Shown here one piece after another: positions 15,426 through 58,037 of a DNA stretch of 64,000 nucleotides. A program made the position numbers and the translations under genes. Position 1 is the stretch's first letter, and each line of letters opens with the position of its first letter. A model generated the notes under the pieces. That model ran no database searches and was not told the DNA's origin. It saw nothing but the letters and a program-made list of their open reading frames with translations. The DNA comes from the human T2T-CHM13v2.0 reference genome, Homo sapiens. Location: NCBI RefSeq assembly GCF_009914755.1, contig NC_060940.1, one strand, 5' to 3'.

Positions 15426-16320
15426 GAAGGAGAATAAGTGAGGTACTTGAGCAAGTGGGTGAGGATGGTTGAGCCACAGCAGGCCCACAGGGAGGCTGGT
15501 GGGTGCTGTTGGTGGAGGGGGCCGATTTGTGTTCCTGGTGGCTGCAGAGCCAGTCTGTTGCCTCCCCTCCCTCCCACTGGCTGGGCTGGGGACGGAGCCA
15601 ACCAGGCAGATCCCGGGCCATTCTGGGGCCCTGGCCTGGCCTGCCTTACTATCCCAGTGGGGCCACCGACGTGGCTGCCATTTCTGGAAACCCCAGTTCT
15701 AGGTAGGTTACTGTCCCAGGAAGAAGTGCATGCCTAGCTTCCTGCCAGCCCAGCCCAGCTGTCCCAGAAGCCAGAGGAAGCTCTGGGCTGGTTTCTTATA
15801 AGTAGCATGACTAACTGATTGCGCCACAGGAGCTGAGGTTTCAGGCCAGTTTCTGTCGTGGAGTTTCAGGGGTCAGCGGCTCCAAAGCCCCAGCCCCCAC
15901 CCGAGGCCCCTGCTGTCCCTGGATTCCTCTCCACATGCCACCTGTCACAGAGGTGCTTGCATCCTGTCTGCAGAACCAGCCCCTCCTCCAAGCCAGGTTT
16001 CCTGCCCAGAGGGAAGAAGAGCAGAAGGCCTGTACCGCCCCCTGTGCGCCCCCAGTCCTCCGCCCCCTGCCCCCCTGCCACCCGCTGTGGGTTCGGGAAG
16101 AGTCCTGCTGGGTCGCTTCCAGGCTGCTGCTGGCTTCTGACATTTCAAGGCTTAATCACTTAATCTCCCCCGAGTTTTTTAAAAAAAGTGAGTCAAGTGT
16201 GTTCTCCTGGTGGCGGGCGTGTTTTCCCAGGCCCATGCTTCTGCTCATTTCCTGGCTGCGGCCTTCACTGACTTTGCTGCTTCCTAACTCTGTGACCTTG
16301 GCCTTGTCACTTGCTGTCTC

Positions 16321-16349
16321 TGGGTCTCAGGCCAATGGGTCTCAGGCCA
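16321..16349. repeat. 15-bp period tandem duplication TGGGTCTCAGGCCA x2
   Basis: Identical 14-mers at 16321 and 16336. Confidence 0.85.
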
Positions 16350-16681
16350 GTGGGGCTCCCCGGACAAAGTTCCAGGGTTTTGGGGACTGCATTTCAAGGG
16401 TCAGCAACCACAGTCCTTAAACACGTGGATTTTGGAGTGACAATGCCTAGGTTATGGTTCTGTGACCACCAGCAAGTGCTCTAGCCTTTTTGTGCCTCAG
16501 TCTTCTCATCAGTAAAATGGGAATGTTAATGGCACCTACCTCATAGGGTCGTTGGGAGAACCAAATTGATTAATATATTGTAAGTACTTAGAACAGGGCC
16601 AGGCACAAAATAAGTACTGCATATACAGTTAACTATGGACAAAAGCTTGGGACCTGGTTCATGTTTAAAAATGATTATTGA

Positions 16682-17290
<609 letters not shown>

Positions 17291-17708
17291 TATTATTGCT
17301 GACTTTTAAACCATTCATTCATTTAATATATGTTTATTGTACACATGCTATGCCTGTGTCAGGCACTGTTTCAGGCACTGGGGATAAAGCAGTGAGCACA
17401 GCAGACATAAAGCTCTGCCCTCATGGGGCTTGTGGTCTCTCAGAGGGAGGCAAACAATGCATTTATAGACAAATACATAATTTAAATTTGAGGTTACCTA
17501 TTATACTCCCAACTTGAAAAACTAGCAGTATATTGAGGTGGCTATTTCACATCTGATGGAGGAATATGTCTTTTGTGAACCATTTATGTTCTTTGCCTAT
17601 TTTTCTTAAAGGGATGTTTGTCTTATTGATTTGTAAGAACTCTTCATATATTAAGGCCATTAACCGTTCATAATGTAGATTGCTACCTTTTTCTAGTCTT
17701 TTGCTTGC

Positions 17709-18107
17709 TGATATAGTTGGGATGTCATCCTCTCTAAATCTCTTGTTGAAATGTGATCCCCAGTGTTGGAGGTGGGTCCTGGTGGGAGATGTTGGGTCAT
17801 GGGGACGGGTCCCTCATGGTTTGGTTCTGTCCTTGCCATAGTGAGTGAGTTCTCACAAGATCTGGTTGTTTAGAAGTGTGCGGCACCTCCCTCCTCTCTC
17901 TTGCCCTGGCTGTCACCATGTACGCCTGCTCCCCTCTTGCCTTCCCCGTGAATAAAAGCTCCCTGAGGCCTCCCCAGAAGCCAAGTAGATACGGGTGCTA
18001 TGCTTCCTGTACAGCCTGCAGAGCCATAAGCCAATTAAACCTCTTTTCTTTGTAAATTACTCAGTCTCAGATATTTCTTTATAGCAATGCAAAAATGGAC
18101 TAACACA
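17709..18107 (+). mobile_element. MST-family solo LTR (ERVL-MaLR)
   Basis: TGATATAGTT...ctaacaca termini; aattaaacctcttttctt and tttctttatagcaatgc MaLR 3' motifs. Confidence 0.85.
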
Positions 18108-18146
18108 CTTGAGTTCTGTCTTTTTCTTATGGCATATTTTAATCTA

Positions 18147-18472
<326 letters not shown>

Positions 18473-18858
18473 TCAAAGCTATCTTTGCTATCTGCATCTT
18501 GAAATAAAATAAACATTCATACATGTAACCTCATTAATCTGATTAGAGATAGTGATAAGTACTGGGACAGACATAAACAGGGTGCTGTGATAAGAAGTCA
18601 CAGGGAGGGCCCGCATTAGTTGAGGGGGGTCAGAGAAGGCTTCTGAAGTGTTTCTGGTGCAAATGCTTGGAAAAGGGAGAGCTGGGAGTGTATCCCAGGG
18701 CTGAGGCCAATGGAGGATTGCAGAAGAGGGAGAGGGGATAGGAGGGGAATGTTAGAGGGATAAGCAGGGGAATTGGCTCTTTTCTTCATTTTCTTAAATT
18801 AAACTTTTTATTTTCAGATAATTAAAGATTTACACACAGCTGGAAGAAATCATAGAGA

Positions 18859-19173
<315 letters not shown>

Positions 19174-20409
19174 TCACAGAGAGACCCCTGCTTCTATGCT
19201 GTTCCCCCCGAGGGCAAGATTGTAGAAATCTGTAATACAGTATCACAGCTGGGATACTGACACTGATATAAGCTACTGACCTTATTGGGATTTCCCGATT
19301 TACTTGTACTCATTTTTGTGTTTGCGTACGCATGTGTGGTTTAGTGCTATGCAATTTTATCACGGCATAGGTTTGTGTATGCAGCCAGGATCCAGCACAG
19401 TTCTATCATCACAAGGATGGCTCAAATTCTCCTTTTATAGCCACATCCAACTCCCTTCCTGACCCACCCCCTCAGCCCCTGGCACCCACTGATGTGTTTT
19501 CCATTTCCATGGTTATGTGATTTCAAGTATGTTACATAAATGGAGTCACGGGGTGTGTACTCTGGGAACTGGCTTTTTTCACTCTAGGGCTTGGATTTTA
19601 TTCTAAGTCAGAGATGCTTCTCTAATGAGCTGTGAACCCCCTGGGGATCTGTGGCCCCTGTGAAGAAGCCCTTTAGGAGCCAGGGGGCATTGGATGTGTG
19701 AGCTGGCCCTGGTCTCATTTCTGATTTTAAAATGGCTCTGGCTGTGATGTGGAGAAGAGGCAGGGTGAGCCTCATCTGCAGCAACTGCTAACTGCCCACA
19801 TCCCCCCAGACTTCTCAAAAATTTGCCACTCCCCTGCTCAAAGACCCTCAAAAGCTGCCCACTGCTTAGAGGACAGGCCTTTGACCTGAGGTCCTCACTT
19901 GGGCTTCAGGGATTCTGTGAACCCCTAAAATGGAATGCAGAATTAAGTGTATGCACCTTGCCAGAAACAGGGTTTGGGGTTTACATTAGATGCTCAGATA
20001 GGTCATTGATCCCCAAAACACTAAGGTCTCTGACTTCTAGACAGATAGTAGTTAAGAACCAAAGCTTTGGAGCTTGAGTGCTGGATTTAAGACCCATGAC
20101 TGTCACAGCTGTGCAACCTCAGACAAATCACTCAGCCTTTCTGTGCCTTGGTTTCCTCATCTGAAAATGGAGAAAATAATATTACCTATTTCATAGATTA
20201 TTAAATGCATTCTTGTATGTAAAAGATGTAAAAGAAAACTTGGCATGTGGTAAACTCTGTGTGTTTAAGTGAATGGTGAGGCTGCCCAGTATAGGAGGGC
20301 AGAGCTTTCCAGGTAAAGACTTTCTAGGCCTCCTGGGATTATCAGGCCCTCTCTGTGTTGGTTGTTGTCATACATGACAGCAGTATTCCTTCCAAAGGGA
20401 TGCCAAGTT

Positions 20410-21920
20410 GTGGTTGCACACTGCACTTAGATCCAGTTGATTGACAGCACTGTTCAAGTCAACTGTGTCCTTACTGATTTCTGCCTGCTGGATCTGTCGA
20501 TTACCAAAAGAGTTGAAGTAATAGTAATAATACTATTATTATCCAATAATAGTATTATTCAGAATAATCACACAGATTTCTCTATTTCTCCTTGCTGCTC
20601 TCAGTTTTTGCCTTACATATTTTGACCCTTTGTTGTTAGTTGCCTACACATTAAGGATTGTTATTTACATCTTCTTGGAGAATTAACTCCCGAATCATTA
20701 TATAGTGCCACTTTTTTTTAATTTAAAAATTTTATTTTTTATTTTTTGAGACAGGATCTTTCTCTGTTGCCCAGGCTGGAGTTCAGTGGCATGAACACAG
20801 CCCACTGCAGCCTTAACCTCCTGGGCTCAAGTGATCCTCCTGCCTCAGCCTTCCCAGTAGCTGGGGCTACAGGCATGTGCCACCTCTAATAACTTTTCTT
20901 TAATTTACAATAGTATTAGTTTGTTCTCATGCTGCTCTAAGGACATGCCCAAGACTGGGTAATTTATAAAGGAAAGAGGTTTGACTCACAGTTCTGCAGG
21001 GCTGGGGAGGCTTCAGGAAACATATTATCATGGCGGAAAGGGAAGCAAAGACATCCTTTTTCACATGACGTCAGGAAGGAGACACGCCAAGGAAAGGGGG
21101 GGAAAGCCCTTTATAAAACCATCAGATCTCAGGAGAACTCACTCACTGTCACGAAAACAGCATGGGGGAACTGCTCCCGTAATCTAATCACCTCCCATGA
21201 GGTCCTTCCCCCAACACGTGGGGATTACAATTCATATTACAATTCAAGGTGAGATTTGGGTGGGGACACAGAGCCAGGCCATATCACATTATTATTAATT
21301 AGTGCCTTCTCTCTCATTTTTTTGATTCGCCTAGGTAGAGATTTATCAATTTCATTGATCTTTTCGAAGAACCAATTTTTGATTTCATTGATTTTCCTCG
21401 ATTAATTTTCTATTTTTAATTTCATTGATGTATGCTCCAATTTTGTATTTTTTTCTTCTGCTTGTTTTAGACATATATTGCTTTTCTGTTTCTAGTACTC
21501 TAGATGGAAACAGATTATTGATTTTAGAACTTTCTTTCTAAGATATACATTCAATAATATAAATTTCCCTCTAAGCACTGCTTTTGCTACGTCTCACCGA
21601 TTTTGATAGGCTATATTTTCATTTTTATTTAGTTAAAAATATTTTTAGTTTCTCTTGTGATTTCTTCTTTGATCCATATGTTATTCGGAAGTGTGTTTTT
21701 AAATCTCCAAATACTTGGAAATTTTCTGGCTTTCTTCCTGCTAGTGACTTCTAATTTGAATCCATTGTGGCCTAAGAGCATATGTTGTGTGATTTCTAAT
21801 GTTTTCAATCTCTTAAGGTTGTTTTATGTCCCAGAATGTGGTCTGTCTTGGTGATTATTCCACATGAACCTGAGGAGAATGTATATTCTGCTGTTGTGAG
21901 ATGTAACAGTCTATAAATGG
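20410..21920 (-). mobile_element. Old L1 fragments interrupted by a partial Alu (20720-20884) and a THE1 LTR
   Basis: T-rich antisense L1 ORF2-like sequence (aagaaccaatttttg, aaatttccctctaagcactgc, gagaatgtatattctgctg). Confidence 0.75.
20910..21287 (-). mobile_element. THE1-family solo LTR (ERVL-MaLR)
   Basis: gtattagt...gactgggtaatttataaaggaaagagg...gagatttgggtggggacacagagcc..ccatatca is the reverse complement of the THE1 LTR. Confidence 0.88.
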
Positions 21921-22607
21921 ATACCTCTGTTAATATGACCTTGGGTGACTCTTTTTTTTTTTTTAAGTTGCTGCTTCACCATTGGCTTTTGGAGATTTTG
22001 CAGATGATAAAATCCTCAGGACTTTTCTGCTGCTCAGTCAGATTTTCTTATCCTACACTTGCGGAACTGTTGTTTGAAATTGACAAGCAGGATGGCCAAC
22101 TCTGCCCGGCTCATTTTATTTCATCTTATTGGGTTCAGCCTGCAGTTTTAGGAGATGAGATTGAAGGAACTGGTATACTGGAATCCACGGTGGGCTCGGA
22201 AGCAAACAAACGTGGGTTCTGATTCTAGCTCTGACCTTTTACCAGCTGTGGGACCTGGTGGATGGGTTATTTGGCCTCTCTGGCCTCAGTTTCCTTAGCT
22301 AGACAGTTGGGATAACAGCCTACCTTTCAGGATTCTTGTGTGGATTCGGTGAGGTAATACTTCTAAAGCACCTAGCAAAGTGTCAAGTACAAGGTAAGTG
22401 CTGGGCAAGCAGGGATTTTGTTCACACAAAGCCTTGACTCAACATAAGGAGGCTGTTTCCAATGGCTCTGCTTAACTGAGACCTGAGAGTGATTGCTCCA
22501 TCTGTGGTGGCATATGGGCTGAAACTGCCTAGCAGCATGTCAGAAGTGGGGTGTTCGCAGGACATCCTTGTCCAGGTTGGCAGTTGAGCTTGGCAGGTGA
22601 CCGCTGA

Positions 22608-22933
<326 letters not shown>

Positions 22934-24098
22934 AGGAGTCTCTTGATTTAGAATGGGAACTTGAAATCATCTCCTCTTGCCGTGTACTTGAACGCGATAA
23001 CCTGGCACTTATCTTTTTAATTCTTTTACTCACCTGCATCTTTGTTCTTTTTGCCTCTGATGTTCAGGGAAGCCTCTTCTCCCACTGCATCTGTGATCTC
23101 TCCTGAAATGTAGCACCCACACATCCCTGAGAAGCTAGCTGCGGCACGTGTGTGTGCACATGGGCATGCGTAAGTCTGGGCGTGCCTTCCACAACAGATT
23201 AAGGATATCAATCCTGACGCCATGCTGGGATGTTTTAGTGAATCTTGACAGGGTTGTTGACTCCCCTGTTTCCCTGGAGGACTTTACCATGAAAGTCTTC
23301 TGCTGTGTGACTTTGGACAGGCGTCTTGGCCTCTCTGTTTCTCTTTATTCATAATTGAGGCTAAAGTGACACCTTTGCCATCTCTGCCACAGGATACTGT
23401 GGGCATCTGTGTAGTTGTGAGAGTAAAAGTTACTAGGACTTGCCAAGGAAATCAGTGTCAGGAACCCACCACCCCATTCCCGCCCCTCCTTTACTTGAGA
23501 CTTTACTTTTGTAACTCTCAGCAAGGAAGACGAGTTCAACCTTTGAGCCGATACAGAGCCTTCCCCTAGAGAGAGCTTTGCAGCCTCATGCTGAGCCAGT
23601 TAGGGGCCCCACATCATGTCCAAAATGAATTTAATCAACAAACAGTTACTGAACACGTCCTATGTGCCAGGCACCGTTGTAGATACTGGGGACTCGGCAG
23701 TGAATGGGACAGACCCTGGCTGTCAGGATGACAGACAATTTAAAAAGGGACAGATGTCCCACGCTGGCTTGTCCTTTGCACCCCTGGCACTTCGTGAGGA
23801 GCAGCGGCCAGTTCTTGTATATAGACTGGCCCTTGGTGTACATTTGTCTGACGTTTCCAAATGATGTATGCATCCTTGGCAGGAACCCAGGAAAAGACAT
23901 GCTGTGCTCTTCTCAGGAATTGTTTCAGGGAGGTGATGTTGGGGATTTGTCCCATTCTTGTTGGTGAGTTTAGATCACTTGGTGAAGGTGGTGTCTGCCA
24001 GGTTTCTGTATTGTAACGTTCATTGATATGTATTTTCACTCATTAGTTAATATACAATACAAGTTTTGCAGGGAGTTACTTTGAGGCTGTCATAGTAA

Positions 24099-24405
<307 letters not shown>

Positions 24406-24809
24406 TAGCTGCTGAGTACTTCCTTATTGTCTGGCACAAGAATTCCAAGCCTATCTGGTACTTTTCCTTCTCCTGGAATCAGCTATTTCTCTAAGGCGCT
24501 CTGGTTCCTTTCAGTACAGAATAGTATTTAGAAGCCAAGACCTGGTCACTAGGAAGGCATGATAATCAAATGTGATGAATGATCTTGGATTGCATCCTGG
24601 ACGTATAAAGGGCATTATTGAGGCAATTAGCAAAACATAAATAGGGGCCGTGGATGAGATAGTGGTGATGCATCACTGTTAATTTCCTGATTTCGATGGT
24701 TGTATTGTGATTATGCAGAGAATGTCCTTGTTTTTCTGACATGCACACTGAGGTATTGGGGTAATTTATTCATTATGGAGATATGTGAGTGTGTTTATGT
24801 GTCTCATAC

Positions 24810-25963
<1,154 letters not shown>

Positions 25964-26311
25964 TCAAGTGTGCCCAAGTCACTCGGAGAGCATCCAGCAG
26001 GGGCCTAGAGCTCCTGAGGTGGCCTTAAGTTCTTATGATGCCCCAGACACTGCACACAGTACTTCAGAGGCAACACCTCCGTTCCTGTTTGCTGCAAGCC
26101 TGTGAGGTTAGCCTTGGAACCATTCCTGTGCCACAGAAACACAGCCAGAGCACCAAAAGAGAAATGCTGTTAATGGCAAAGAACTACTCACTAGCAGAAC
26201 AAAGCCTGGGAGCTGCTTTTTTGAATAAGATCCCAGGAGAGAGACCCAAGCGGGAAGTGAAGGATGGGCACTTGAAATGTTGCAGGGAATATAACCCAGC
26301 GCGTGCTGTTT

Positions 26312-28130
<1,819 letters not shown>

Positions 28131-28525
28131 TGACTTGTAACGTTACTTGAGACTTTAAAGTGTTCCGGTCACTGTTGGAGGGCTCTGTCTGTGTTAGCTC
28201 ATTTAATCCCCACAACACCTCAATCAGATGGGGCTATTCTTAGTCCCACTTTATAGATAAGGAAACTGAGGCATGGAAGCACAGCTTGCTCAAGGTTCAC
28301 ATCTAGTCAGTGACAGAGCAGGTATTTAAACCTCAGGAAATAATCAGAGAAACATGTGTAGAGGGTTGTCCAAGGAAGGCCACATCCAGAAGCATCTCCC
28401 AGGACAGTTGTTGTGTAGCTCACCCTCTGGACTTTGTGGGTCTGGGTGTTGTTTCATGATTATAGAGAGAGCTCTGTGAACGTGGAGGACCTGTTGTCGG
28501 CAGAGACACAAATGGCCAGGGCATG

Positions 28526-52577
<24,052 letters not shown>

Positions 52578-53525
52578 GTGCATGTCCTCTTGTTGCTGAG
52601 TCTGCAGATGAGGACTAGGGCTTATCCATGCCTGGGAAATGCCACCTCCTGGAAGGCAGCCAGGCTGGCAGATTTCCAAAAGACTTGAAGAACCATGGTA
52701 TGAAGGTGATTGGCCCCACTGACGTTGGCCTAACACTGGGCTGCAGAGACTGGACCCCGCCCAGCATTGGGCTGGGCTCGCCACATCCCATGAGAGTAGA
52801 GGGCACTGGGTCGCCGTGCCCCACGGCAGGCCCCTGCAGGAAAACTGAGGCCCTTGGGCACCTCGACTTGTGAACGAGTTGTTGGCTGCTCCCTCCACAG
52901 CTTCTGCAGCAGACTGTCCCTGTTGTAACTGCCCAAGGCATGTTTTGCCCACCAGATCATGGCCCACATGGAGGCCCACCTGCCTCTGTCTCACTGAACT
53001 AGAAGCCGAGCCTAGAAACTAACACAGCCATCAAGGGAATGACTTGGGCGGCCTTGGGAAATCGATGAGAAATTGAACTTCAGGGAGGGTGGTCATTGCC
53101 TAGAGGTGCTCATTCATTTAACAGAGCTTCCTTAGGTTGATGCTGGAGGCAGAATCCCGGCTGTCAAGGGGTGTTCAGTTAAGGGGAGCAACAGAGGACA
53201 TGAAAAATTGCTGTGACTAAAGCAGGGACAATTTGCTGCCAAACACCCATGCCCAGCTGTATGGCTGGGGGCTCCTCGTATGCATGGAACCCCCAGAATA
53301 AATATGCTCAGCCACCCTGTGGGCCGGGCAATCCAGACAGCAGGCATAAGGCACCAGTTACCCTGCATGTTGGCCCAGACCTCAGGTGCTAGGGAAGGCG
53401 GGAACCTTGGGTTGAGTAATGCTCGTCTGTGTGTTTTAGTTTCATCACCTGTTATCTGTGTTTGCTGAGGAGAGTGGAACAGAAGGGGTGGAGTTTTGTA
53501 TAAATAAAGTTTCTTTGTCTCTTTA
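52578..53525 (+). other. IL4R: IL4R 3'UTR (end approximate)
   Basis: Unique sequence between the stop codon and the AATAAA plus downstream T-rich tract. Confidence 0.85.
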
Positions 53526-53540
53526 TTTTTTATGTATTAA
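53497..53540 (+). terminator. IL4R: IL4R polyadenylation signal
   Basis: TGTA (53497) then AATAAA (53503-53508), followed by a T/GT-rich downstream element. Confidence 0.9.
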
Positions 53541-53757
53541 CCAAACATACCTCCAGACACTGCTGTGAGTGCTGTGTCTCTGTTAACTCCTGGAATTCAC
53601 CCATCCAGAGGAACCAGGATGCAAGAGGTTAAGAAACTTGCCGTCTGGGTTTGGGTTCCCCATACAAGGATTCAAATAGTTGATTTAGGAAGTAATCCCG
53701 GGAAACCCTGCTAAGGTAGTGGGGAACTGAGGCAGGGAAGGACACAAACCAAGAAAG

Positions 53758-54300
53758 TGTTACCTGAAAGGGGTCCAGATGCAGACCCCAAAAGAGGGTT
53801 CTTGAATCTCATGCAAGAAAGAATTCAGAGCGAGTCCATAGAGTCAGTGAAAGCAAGTTAATGAGGAAAGTAAAGGAATAAAAGAATGGCTACTCCGTAG
53901 ACAGAGCAGCCCTGAGGGTTGCTGGCTGCCTATTTTTATGGTTATTGATTAATTATATTCCAAACAAGGGGTGGATTATTATGCCTCCCTTTTAGACCAT
54001 ATAGGGTAACTTCCTGATGTTGCCATGGCATTTGTAAACTGTCATGGCGCTGTTGGGAGTGTAGCAGTGAGGACAACCAGAGGTCACTCTTGTTGCCATC
54101 TTGGTTTTGGTGGGTTAGAGCCATCTTCTTTACTGCAACCTGTTTTATCAGCAAGGTCTTTATGACTTGTATCGGTGACGACCTCCTGTCTCATTCTATG
54201 ACTAAGAATGCCCTAACCTCCCAGGAATGCAGCCCAGTAAGTCTCAGCCTCATTTTACCCAGCCCCTCTTCAAAGCTCCAGTTTAAATAAACCTCTGACA
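53758..54300 (-). mobile_element. MER41A solo LTR (ERV1)
   Basis: Minus strand starts TGTCAGAGG and ends GGTAACA; 4-bp TSD AAAG at 53754 and 54301; lacks the MER41B tandem-GAS segment. Confidence 0.88.
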
Positions 54301-54924
54301 AAAGGGTGAGTTATTCAACAGATTACCAGCATGAGTAACTGATGCTTACCTGCCGGGGATCTCTGGAAGACCATGCATGGCACATGCCCAGTTATGCCTG
54401 CAAAGGAGAGGGAGCTGGGGTATTTGTCCACCAGCTCCCATCTGTCATTGGCTGAGAGCTGCTTCCAGGAGCATTAATTCTCCAGCACTTCCAGCTACTC
54501 CAGGAAAAAAAAAATTCTTCAACTGAGAGTTGGAGGTGTTGAGAGACTCTGGCACACCAAGAAGACAGGAACAGGACACCAACAGTGGCTGATGATACAC
54601 TGCCAAGGTCACACAGCTAGTTAGCAACAGATCTATAGTGGAATCCAGACAGTGTCTCCATCACCCAGGCTCTCTGTAGTGATCTGCGCTTCACATCCGA
54701 GGCAGGCAGAGGGATGGTGTGGGCCTTAGATGGGAAGGCTGGGAACCTGAAGCTCCTATGTCTGTATCACTTTTGCTTCTCTGAGTAGCTGCCCTGATTT
54801 CACACTTGAGGGGCTTGGCCATTTTAGATTCCTTCCTGCTCTAGGAGCCTACATACTACACTGGAAATGATGGGGAGCTCTCTACCTCACATGCAGCCTG
54901 ATGTTTGTTAGAAACACCTCCTTG

Positions 54925-55251
<327 letters not shown>

Positions 55252-56129
55252 TCAATCCCTTTAGCTGCCCAAATCACACAGTTTACAGATGGAGAAACAG
55301 TTTTAGAGAGGAAAAGGGACTTGCCCAAAGTCACCCAGAGAATGGCAGAGCCTGAACTAGCCTTCTGGACTTCTTGCCTCCAAAAGCTCTTTATAATAAA
55401 ATATAATTTTAAATAAAAATAGTTATCTGTTTAGGGCCAAGCAATATGCTAAGTGCCGTCCAGCCACTGTGTCATTTACGTCTCCAAACAGCTCTAGTTG
55501 GGAGGCTCAATGATTATCCCAATTTTACAGATAAGGAAACAGGTCCAGAGAGGTTGAGGATTAGCCTAGAACCACACAGCTAGGAAATCCTGGAGCCAGG
55601 ATTTGAACCCGGGTCTGACCTAAGAGCTCCCAGCCGCCGTGATATATCAGCTTATGTCATCCTGACACCTACGCAGATGTCGGCTCGAATCCACTTTGCC
55701 TGAGCATTGTCTCAGAGAAATCTAATTTAAAAATTAGGCAGCAAATAGAAAATATATTTGACTGCTAGAGATGCAATGGGACTGGGAGCCCAACAAAGGA
55801 TCTTAGGCAAAAGAAATCCAAGTTGTTGGCCTCAGCAACTATTACTGAACTGGCTGGGCTTTGGGAAGCTACAGAGGGATGAGAAGACCTGGTGGATCAG
55901 GTGGGCCCAACTCAGGCTGGCCCCCACCCTGCAGGAAGTAGGAAAAGTCCAGGGTCATAGGCCCAGTGAGATGCCGGCTGCGGGAGTTTCAGCCTCCGGG
56001 GCTGGACCAGAGGGCAGGAGGGGACGCCCCTGGGTAGCAGCGCCAGAGTGGGCTGAGTGGCCTGGGCCCCTGCGGGGGAGCTTTCAGAGATGTTGATTTG
56101 GGGGTACTCCCTCAGCCCTGCCTTTACAC

Positions 56130-57250
56130 AGAATTTGTGGGGGATGAGGGGAGGGGGAAAGGGGGGAGGAAGGCAGTGAGTGCATCTGAATTTTTTTTTT
56201 TTTTTTACAAAAAGTGGCTTATTGCATTTTTCTGATTACTCTATCAGCACGTGCAGACCTTTTCCTATTCAGAGAAAGCCTGAAGATATAAAGAGGAAAG
56301 TGAAGAAAAACCACCGGAAATCCCATCCCCGCCCCAGCATCTGGCACTGTGTGGGCGATCACGAAATGAGCGCTTGTTTTTGAAGGCGTAGTATCTCCGT
56401 GAACATCCGGTTGAACAACCTTTCTGACTTTATTTTTCCCACGAAAGTTATTAATTAAAAAACAAAAAGCAAAACACCGAAAAAACAAAAAACCCAGCAA
56501 GTGTTTGAGCTCCCACCACGAGGGAGGCCTGACGTCACTGGATCCTCCCGGCAGCCGATGAGGCTGCATGGGACTTGCCCACGATGTGCTGTTACCGAGT
56601 GGCATAGCCAGGCTTCAAACCAGAGTCCTAGCTAACCGCCCTGTATATACCATGGGCTCATCATCTTCCCTGGTTCCAGCTCAGAACAGAGACTCAGAGG
56701 AACAAGGGCTCTGCGCTCACCCTGCCTGGTTAGGTCCAGCCTTTCCAATTCCAAGCTGTGTGACCATGGGAAAAGTGTTTGCCCACTCTGGGCCTAAATT
56801 TCCTCCTTGGTAAAAGGCACACAAGAGCAGTACTCTGCACGCCACAGTGGTGGGGTGAGCAGCAGATGACGTGGTGGGTGGAGGCCAGGTGACACCAGGC
56901 TGCTCTCAAGCTTAACTTGCCTGTGATGGTGGCGGGACCGTGTCAGTTCTTCCACCAAATCCCACCTGTTTCCACGACGTTTATTGACAAGTCAGGGGCA
57001 CCGCCCCGGGTGGAGGGGGTGTGAAGAGGAAGTCAGCTCCCTGGTCCCTGCTGCCCTCTGGTGACCACATCAGCATCAGCACCTGCTCCATCCCAGCAGC
57101 TCCAGGTCCAGGCCGTGCCCAGAAAACTTGGCCTGGGAGATTCCCCACCCGCCCTGCCCCGATCCCACCTCTCTTCCATCTCTGCATTTTCCAGAAATTC
57201 CCCCAGCACCAGACAAAAGAGCCTAATGTCCATTAGATATGCTGTGTGGC
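56130..57250. promoter_or_regulatory. Candidate downstream enhancer/promoter
   Basis: Unique, locally CpG-richer DNA with CACGTG, GAGGAAAGTGAA, CCGGAAATCCC, a GC box, TGACGTCA and GGGAGATTCCCC. Confidence 0.5.
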
Positions 57251-57377
57251 GCCAGGCCAGCGTGTAACCTCTCTGTGCTTGATTCGTTATCTGTAAAATG
57301 GGAATCATTATAATATCTGCCTCATGTAGCTATTGTGAGAATTAAATATGTTAGTACCTGTGAGGTCCTTAGAACTA

Positions 57378-58037
<660 letters not shown>

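Noticed and set aside
53758-54300. MER41 as an IFN-gamma/STAT1 enhancer
   Set aside because: The tandem-GAS segment of MER41B is absent from this copy.
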